A stretch of 64,000 nucleotides of DNA from assembly GCF_009914755.1 (NCBI RefSeq), contig NC_060927.1; one strand, 5' to 3'. The notes under the pieces are model-generated. The model did no database searches and was not told the DNA's origin. It worked only from the letters and a program-made list of their open reading frames with translations. This document shows, one piece after another, positions 52,487-64,000 of this stretch (within the stretch, counting starts at the first letter, position 1; every line of letters begins with the position of its first letter). The translations under genes were made by a program, and so were the position numbers. The stretch comes from the human T2T-CHM13v2.0 reference genome, Homo sapiens.

Positions 52487-52959
52487 GTAGATCTTCCCCT
52501 ATAGATTCAGTATTGAGGTTTTGAACTAATATGTACAGTTTCTAAAATTCCAATTTCCACCAACATTATTTTTCCTTTATGTAACATTTACTGAGTGTCC
52601 AAATTATGCCAGGCAATATGCTGGCCTCTAGGAGTACAAAGGTGAAGATAATGTCCTTGCCCAAAATGATTTTACAAAGTGGTGGGAGGTACCACCACAT
52701 AAAACAGAGATTTACAGTACAAAGTGATTTTATCATATCTGTCAAGGTTCTTTGATCTCCTAGTTTTCAGTCTACCTTTTATTCTTCCCAAATCTATCTT
52801 TTAACTTTTTTTCAAATCCTATGTTAATTCTTGCTTTCTTCTAGGATTTGGATTAAAATTACAAGAAGCCATAGTCTTCCCCTACTCACTTTAATTTTCT
52901 AACAGAAATCTTTACTTATGTCCCTGTGAGTCCTTCAAACAACAAAAAAGAAACTCTTC

Positions 52960-54900
52960 ACACAAAAAAAGAGTAGAGTAGAATACAATAAATTATTCTA
53001 TACACATTACATAGATCCAACAATTATAATTATTTAATCATATATGCTTCATACAAATCCCAGGCATTATTTTACTCCTAAATACATTATTTGTATTTCT
53101 CACAAATAAATACATTCTCCTAACTCTAATACCATTACCCACCTACAAAAAATTTTACAATTAATTTTTCCAGTCATCTATTATCCATTAAAACATCCAT
53201 TTCATACTTATGAAACAAATGCCATGTTATGTTCATGAATCTCTGGGTCAGAAATTTGGGCAGTGCTCCACTAAGTGATTCTTTTGCTCTCTATGGTTAC
53301 TCAATGGTACTCACCTGGTGATGAGCCAGTCTAGATTATTCAAGACTGACTTATATGCACCCTGCTTTAGGTGGGATGATCTGGGCTGTTGAATGGAGTG
53401 TCTACGTGTATACTCACCAGCATGACAGTCTCGAGTAGTTGAACTTCCTAGATAAAGCTTGGCCTCTCATGAGTGAGTAACCCAAGATTACTAGCCAAAG
53501 AATGTATGACTTTTAATGACCTAACTTCAGAAGTCATTGAAAGCAGCCACAAGTCTGTCTACATGCAAGGAGAAGAGTTAGTATGGAAGGAATGTAAAAT
53601 AAATTTGAGGACATGTCTTGAAAAAGCAGCAGTCTTCAATATCATATAATACTAATTTCATGTTTTAAAATTTCTCAATTTTCTCAAAAATATCTCTTTA
53701 TACTTGATGTTCGAATCAGGCTCCATATAAGTTCTACATATTGCATTTGGTTGTTACTTTTCTTTAGTCTTTTTTAAGCCTTTAAATTCTAAAGGCTGAT
53801 TAGATTTACATTAGCATTCTGGAAGAATCATTTTTGAAGTGGTCTTCTAGGTAGCATGTTGCATCACAATGAGACACATAGTGTCTGGCTGTCACATTAT
53901 TAGTGATTGACCAGTTATTTCAGGAAGTGGCAGCTTGTTCCCTCCATTGTGAACTCATTGTTGGTTGGTTGGTGTTGGTTTACATCTTGAAATCAGTAAA
54001 TAATCCTTGGGCTGAAACTTATGATCTTTGAGAGTAAGCACCCCCTATCAACTTTTTAAAAAAATGTTTTTCTTAAGTAGTTTATTATTCTTGCTTAATA
54101 CAATCATTAAGTAGTGGTGGCAAAATGGTGACTTTCTGTGTTTCCAATATATGTATTAATATTAACTTGAATTCACATATAAAAAAGAATTTTTTATCAA
54201 ACAAGGTTATTCTGTCAGTTAAAATACACTTCTTAGAGAAAAAAAGAAGAAAACATTTAATGTTTTTTCTTCATTACTGATCTTCTGAGTAAAGTAACTA
54301 ATGTACTCACTATCCTCAATGATAAAAAGATTTACCGTTTTCAGTTTTTTATATTTTTGAAAATTATTTTTAGCTACGTGGATATAAAATATGTAATTAA
54401 TAGTTACCACTTATGATTATTAAAATTAATTACAATTATTATTTTTGATTCTTAAATGATTACATCTTTGGCATCAAGATCCCCTTAGAGTTGTCACTGT
54501 GATTTTTCGGCATAACAACATTAGCTTATGATAGCTTTCTTGACTTCTAGCACAGAAAACTATTCCACAATCTTTTTGTACATATCCTGCCCTAGACCCA
54601 GAACAAGTTATTTTTCCAAGCAGCCCTAATTACTTTTAGTAAGAAATAATATTTAGAGAACATGATGTGTACAGGTGAGTGCTCAGAGCTACTGAGTTGT
54701 CATTGCTTCTAGGCATTTTCAGTGGACAGAGATGGGGAAAATTTTTTAACAACAACAGCAACAAAAACTATGAGTTTATACTTAACATTAAATTCAATAT
54801 TATAGTTTTTCCTTAACTTTTTAAAATTTTATAATTTTAACTCCTTTCTCCTACAAGAAAAATTTTAAAAATACAAACTTTTATTTACTTTATTCTACAA
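52960..54900 (-). mobile_element. L1MC-like 3' fragment split by MLT1H
   Basis: ACATTCTCCTAAC...ATACCATTA, ACATATTGCATTTGGTTG, CCTGCCCTAGACCCAGAA...TTTTCCAAG. Confidence 0.6.
53166..53631 (-). mobile_element. MLT1H-like LTR
   Basis: TCTCTGGGTCAGAAATTTGGGCAG...GACCTAACTTCAGAAGTCA...GGAATGTAAAATAAATTTG. Confidence 0.7.
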
Positions 54901-55479
54901 CACATAAAATAACATTTAAATAACCATAGTGGTGTCCTAACTAGAGCAATAAAGCTGAATAAAGGTTTGCCTTAGGTTTCCTTTGTACCTATCCCCTTTA
55001 AGGATGTACTGCCACAATACTATGTTCTGAATCATGTTGAAATTATTAATTTTTGCCTGTGTGGTTAATCACCAACTTGATATGTTCATTTGTTTTAGTT
55101 TGATCTGAATTTTTAAGACTTGCACTTTTATGTAATTTATTTTTAATATATACAAATCTTGCGTGTCTTAAGTCAGAATTAATAACAACATATGCTCAGA
55201 AACATCTCACTTTCATTCTTATCCTCTCCCTCTGTTCCCTGCCACCTGTATAAACAAACGTTTTTATTAGTTTTCATTTTGGCCTTCCAGTTTTGTTTTG
55301 TTTTGTTTTGTTTTTTACAAATATAAGCACAAATGTTACTATACTATATTTAATACTTTGCTTCCTATTTTTGTTTCCCCTGTGGGCACCAGACATAGCT
55401 GTATATTTATTTATTTGTGAAATTTCTTTACTGTCCTCTTTCAGAAGAAGGAATAATTAATGGTTAAAATTCTAAAATA

Positions 55480-55840
55480 AAAGTAAATGATAAGTTGAAC
55501 AGAGAAGTTACTTTGTTGTTACTGAGAATAACGAGTGATGGAGATACCTGGGTAGGATGTTCTGGAAAGATACCTATGGGATTATGATATGAATCAGGTG
55601 AGAGGAGGGATGAGATAAATCCAGCTGTGTAGAAAGCAGACAGGGGCATATGTTTGACACATTCTAGAAACTGAGGGCAGGCCAGTGAATTTGAAATTTG
55701 TAGCATGGAAGCAAAGAGTTATAGTAGGACGTTGGAGAAATAGACAACTTGCAGACCAACAAAATTAATTTTTAAAAATTTAAATATGATGGAAAGCCAC
55801 AGAATGGGTTAGGATGGAGAAGTAACAGAATTTCATCCTT
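55480..55840 (-). mobile_element. L2 fragment
   Basis: GTGTAGAAAGCAGAC...GAAACTGAGGGCAGGCCAGTG...GATGGAAAGCCAC. Confidence 0.55.
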
Positions 55841-56170
55841 AGCTAGTTTGCTTTGTCAGCACAGTGCTACAAAATCACTTTTGTCCTCCTCTCAATGCTT
55901 TAACTTCTTTGAAGCTTTCTGTAATACAAAGGCATTTGATCTCCCCTTTTATGTGTTACTACTTATGATTTTTACCATTTTCTCTTGTAATTTTTTGTTC
56001 ATTTTGACTGTTATCACTTGCACCTATGAGTACTTTGAGGGGATAGTGTAGTATTTATCTTTGAATCTACAATGGATAACAGATGCATAACACATGTGGT
56101 ACTCCAAGGAATTTTTAAAAATAAATAAATCAAAAGATGATACTAAAGTAAATTTTCCTCACAGACACTT

Positions 56171-56469
<299 letters not shown>

Positions 56470-57127
56470 ATAGACACTTAATTTTTAAAATTGCATTCAA
56501 AATTTTTCTTTTAAAAATTTTATTGTCAAAAATATTTGTAGAAGGTAATTTAGTTCTTTTGGAAACTCTAACCTACATTTTTACCACCAAATTCAAATCA
56601 GTTTTATACAAAATCTACCCACCCTCATGAAGTCATCTTGAAAACCATTATTCCTTTTGCTTCTATATCATTTTGTGGGAGAATTCTTATTCAGTTTTAC
56701 CTGGTTTTAAAGTTATAAGGGAGTATGGGGTGTGTGTGTGTTTACATGTGTCACATTTTTTACTAAGTAAAGTCCCAGAAGATGAGAACCACTTCTCCTT
56801 TAACAAATTGTATTTAATAATGCATGACACATGCATATAGCAAATTAAGCTTTGAGTAATTTTATTTCACAGAATGAATTTCAAAAACCAGATGAGTTTT
56901 GCTGGGTGTTTCAAGATGGCCAAACAGGAACAGCTCCAGTCTACAGCTCCCAGCGTGATCAATGCAGAAGAAAGGAGATTTCTGCATTTCCAACTGGGGT
57001 ACTTGGTTCATCTCATTGGGACTGGTTGGACAGTGGGTGCAGCCCACAAAGGGTGAGCCGAAGCAGGGCAGGGAAGCACAAGGGGTCAGGGGATTTCCCT
57101 TTCCTAGCAAAGGGAAGCTGTGACAGA

Positions 57128-57322
57128 CTACCTGGAAAAACGGGGCACTCTCGCCCAAATACGATGCTTTTCCCAAAGTCTTAGCAACCGACAGACGAGG
57201 TGATTCTCTCCAGTTCCTGGCTTAGCAGGTTCCGCACTCACGGAGTCTTGCTCACTGCTAGTACAGCAGTCTGAGTTCAATCTGCGAGGTGGCAGCCTGG
57301 CAGGGGGAGGAGCATATGCCAT
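57128..57322 (-). CDS. L1 ORF0 homologue, 64 aa, open
   Basis: MAYAPPPARLPPRRLNSDCC...VPRFSR aligns with recalled L1 ORF0 (MAGAPPPASLPPCSLISDCC...VTRFSR); ATG context GCAATGG; translation not shown. Confidence 0.5.
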   Translation of the reverse strand: MAYAPPPARLPPRRLNSDCCTSSEQDSVSAEPAKPGTGENHLVCRLLRLWEKHRIWARVPRFSR

Positions 57323-57940
57323 TGCCAAGGCTTGAGTAGGTAAACAAAGCAGCTGGAAGGTCGAACTGGGCAGAACCCACTGCAGCTCAACAAGGCCAAC
57401 TACCTCTACACTCCACCTCTGCGGGCAGGGCATAGCAGAACAGAAAAGCAGGCAACTTCTGCAGACTTAAACGTCCCTGTCTGACAGCTCTGAAGAGAGT
57501 AGTCATTCTCCCAGCAGGGCGTTTGAGCTCTGAGGACAGACAGACTGCTGCCTCAAGTGGGTCCCTGAGCCCCGTGCAGCCAAACTGGGAGACACCTGCC
57601 AGTTGGAGTGGACAGACACCTCATATAGGCAGCTGCCTCTCTGGGACAAAGCTTCCAGAGGAAGGATCAGGCAGCAATATTTGCTGTTCTGCGATATTTG
57701 CTGTTGGGCAGCCTCCACTGGTGATACCCTGGCAAACAGGGTCTGGAGTGGAACTCCAGTAAACTCCAACAGACCTGCAGCTGAGGGACCTGCAGCTGAG
57801 GGACCTGACTGTTAGAAGGAAAACTAACAAACAGAAAGGAATAGCATCAACATCAACAAAAAGGACATCTACAACAAAACACCTTTGTGACAGTGTAGGT
57901 CATCAACATCAAAGACCAAAGGTAGATAAAAACCACAAAG

Positions 57941-58970
57941 ATGGGGAGAAACCAGAGCAGAAAAGCTGAAAATTCTAAAAAGCAGAGCACTTATTCTCCT
58001 CCAAAGGATTGCAGCTCCTCACCAGCAACGGAACAAAGCTGGACAGAGAATGACTTTGAAGAGTTGACAGAAGTAGGCTTCAGAAGGTCAGTAATAAACT
58101 TCTCTGAGCCAAAGGAGGATGTTTGAACCCATTGCAAGGAAGCTAAAAACCTTGAAAAAAGATTAGATGAATGGCTAAGTACTATAAACAGTGTAGAGAA
58201 GACCTTAAATGACCTGATGGAGCTGAAAACAATGGCACGAGAACTTCGTGACACATGCACAAGCTGCAATAGCCAATTCGATCAAGTGGAAGAAAGGGTA
58301 TCAGTGATTGAAGATCAAATTTATGAAATAAAGTGAGAAAACAAGGTTAGAGAAAAAAAGTGAAAAGAAACAAACAAAGCCTCCAAGAAGTATGGGACTA
58401 TGGGAAAAGACCAAATCTACGTTTGAGTGGTGTACATGAAAACAATGGGGAGAATGGAACCAAGTTGGAAAACACTCTTCAGGATATTGTCCAGAAGAAC
58501 TTCCCTAACCTAGCTACATTCCCTAACCTAGGCCAACATTCAAATTCAGGAAATACACAGAACACCACAAAGATACTCCTCGAAAAGGTCAATGCCAAGA
58601 CATGATTGTCAGATTCAACAAGGTGGAAATGAAGGAAAAAGTGTTAAGAGCAACCAGAGAGAAAGGTCGAGTTACCCACAAAGGGAAGCCCATCAGACTA
58701 ACAGGGGCTCTATCAGGAGAAACCCTACAAGCCAGAAGAGAGGGGGGGCCAATATTCAACATCCTTAAAGAAAAGAATTTTCAACCCATAATTTCATATC
58801 CAGCCAGACTAAGCTTCATAAGTGAAGGAAAATAAAATCCTTTAAAGGTAAGCAAATACTGAGAGATTCTGTCACCACCAGGTGTGCCTTAAAAGGGCTC
58901 CAGAAGGAAGCACTAAACATGGAAAGAAACAACCAGTACCAGCCACTGCAAAAACATGCCAAATTGTAAA
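57941..58970 (+). pseudogene. L1 ORF1p remnant
   Basis: MGRNQSRKAENSK...; stop at 58124-58126; fragments KRPNLRL and GRVTHKGKPIRLT. Confidence 0.93.
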
Positions 58971-59032
58971 GACCACCAATGCTAGGAAGAAACTGCATCA
59001 ATTAACAGGCAAAATAACCAGCAAACATCATA

Positions 59033-62853
<3,821 letters not shown>

Positions 62854-63167
62854 ACAATGAGATCACTTGGACACAGGGCGGGGAACATCACTCACCAGGG
62901 CCTGTTGGGGGATGGGGGCCTGGGGGAGGGATAGCATTAGGAGAAATCCCTAATGTAAATGATTAGTTGATGGGTGCAGCAAACCAACATGGCACATGTA
63001 TACCTATGTATCAAACTTGCACATTGTGCACATGTACCCTAGATCTTAAAGTATAATAACAAATAAAATTAATAAATAAATAATCAAATGAGTTAATTCC
63101 ATTCTTTACCCTCAGTCTTCCTTGATTTCTTCCATCCTGTTTTATTAATCAAACTAACCCTATCATC

Positions 63168-63676
63168 TGACCAAAGCAGCCTTAATATTCTCTTTAGCTT
63201 GTCTGAACTTTGTAGAGGGGTTTTTTTTGTTCCTGATTATAGGTCCCTGATCTGCTTTTTTAGAGCATCTACTTCACAAAACTTGTAATTATTAATTCTA
63301 CCTCTGCTTCTTTGAAATGTAAATCTTCTCCCAGACTCTTGACAATTTTACAACACAGAAATGTCTTTCTGAAGGACTTTCGTCAAGCCATTCCTTTGAA
63401 ACGCAATGATCAAGAAAGATAATACCCATCTCCTAGTCTCAGTAGGAGGGTAGGAACCTAATTTCAATAAAGTATAATTAGCAAACACAGCCTAAACACA
63501 TTGATCAACCTCCCATTAAAATTTTCCAGTATTTTTCTACCAGATCACCTATTGCTTAAAACCCTCCTGTCTTTTGTTTCCACAGAGTTGAGTTCAATCT
63601 CTCCTCTCTATTGCAATAGTCTTGAATAAAATCTTCCTTGCCTCTGAACTCTCTCTGATAAAATTTGTATTTGATA
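63168..63676 (+). mobile_element. ERV1 solo LTR, MER67-like
   Basis: 4-bp TSD CATC (63164-63167/63677-63680), AATAAA near 63626, homologous to 13565-14451. Confidence 0.8.
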
Positions 63677-64000
63677 CATCCCTCTTGTAAATTTCCATTG
63701 TGGGTGACTATTTTCCTCTTGTTGGCTGATACGGGAATAGGCAGATATATTGAGGGACTACAGATTGGATCTAGTGTATTGAATCTAGTGTATTTTTTAA
63801 ATTGGATCTAGTGTATTCAAACTCCAAAAGATAGTTCATTTATTATTTAGTCCTTTCTGCGTATGTGGTCAAACAGGTTTTGAATGATTTCTGCCTGTAT
63901 CATGGGCATAGTGGCTCTTTCTTATCTTCTACTTAGACTTTTGACAGCTTTACAGAAGTCCATATGGCCACCAGATTTTGCCAACAAATTTGTGCTGCAC

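Noticed and set aside
54551-54674. + strand exon ending CAG|GTGAGT
   Set aside because: Inside an antisense L1MC fragment with a mediocre acceptor; a typical pseudo-exon.

Overview
AT-rich, CpG-depleted primate (human-like) nuclear DNA, not prokaryotic. It is dominated by transposable-element relics: a full-length but dead L1PA7-like LINE (56899-63078), a full-length Tigger1 carrying a MER1B, a complete MSTA MaLR provirus, an LTR12, several ERV1/ERVL/MaLR solo LTRs, about ten Alus plus Alu monomers, and old L1M/L2/MIR fragments, often nested. I recognise no intact named protein-coding gene, and no rRNA, tRNA or CRISPR array. The longer ORFs are nearly all repeat-derived. Three things are not explained by repeats. 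(1) A promoter-like island at ~8.95-9.23 kb (NF-Y/RFX/FOX/TATA-like motifs plus a splice donor) followed by a chain of short + strand exon candidates, suggesting the 5' part of a large spliced gene or lncRNA. (2) Several local templated duplications/inversions: a palindrome at ~2 kb, a 45-bp duplication around an end-truncated LTR12, and ~250-bp and 61-bp copies. (3) An open ORF0 homologue in the L1 antisense promoter. Repeat subfamily names come from recalled consensus sequences and need RepeatMasker/Dfam confirmation. Exon and promoter calls are hypotheses.
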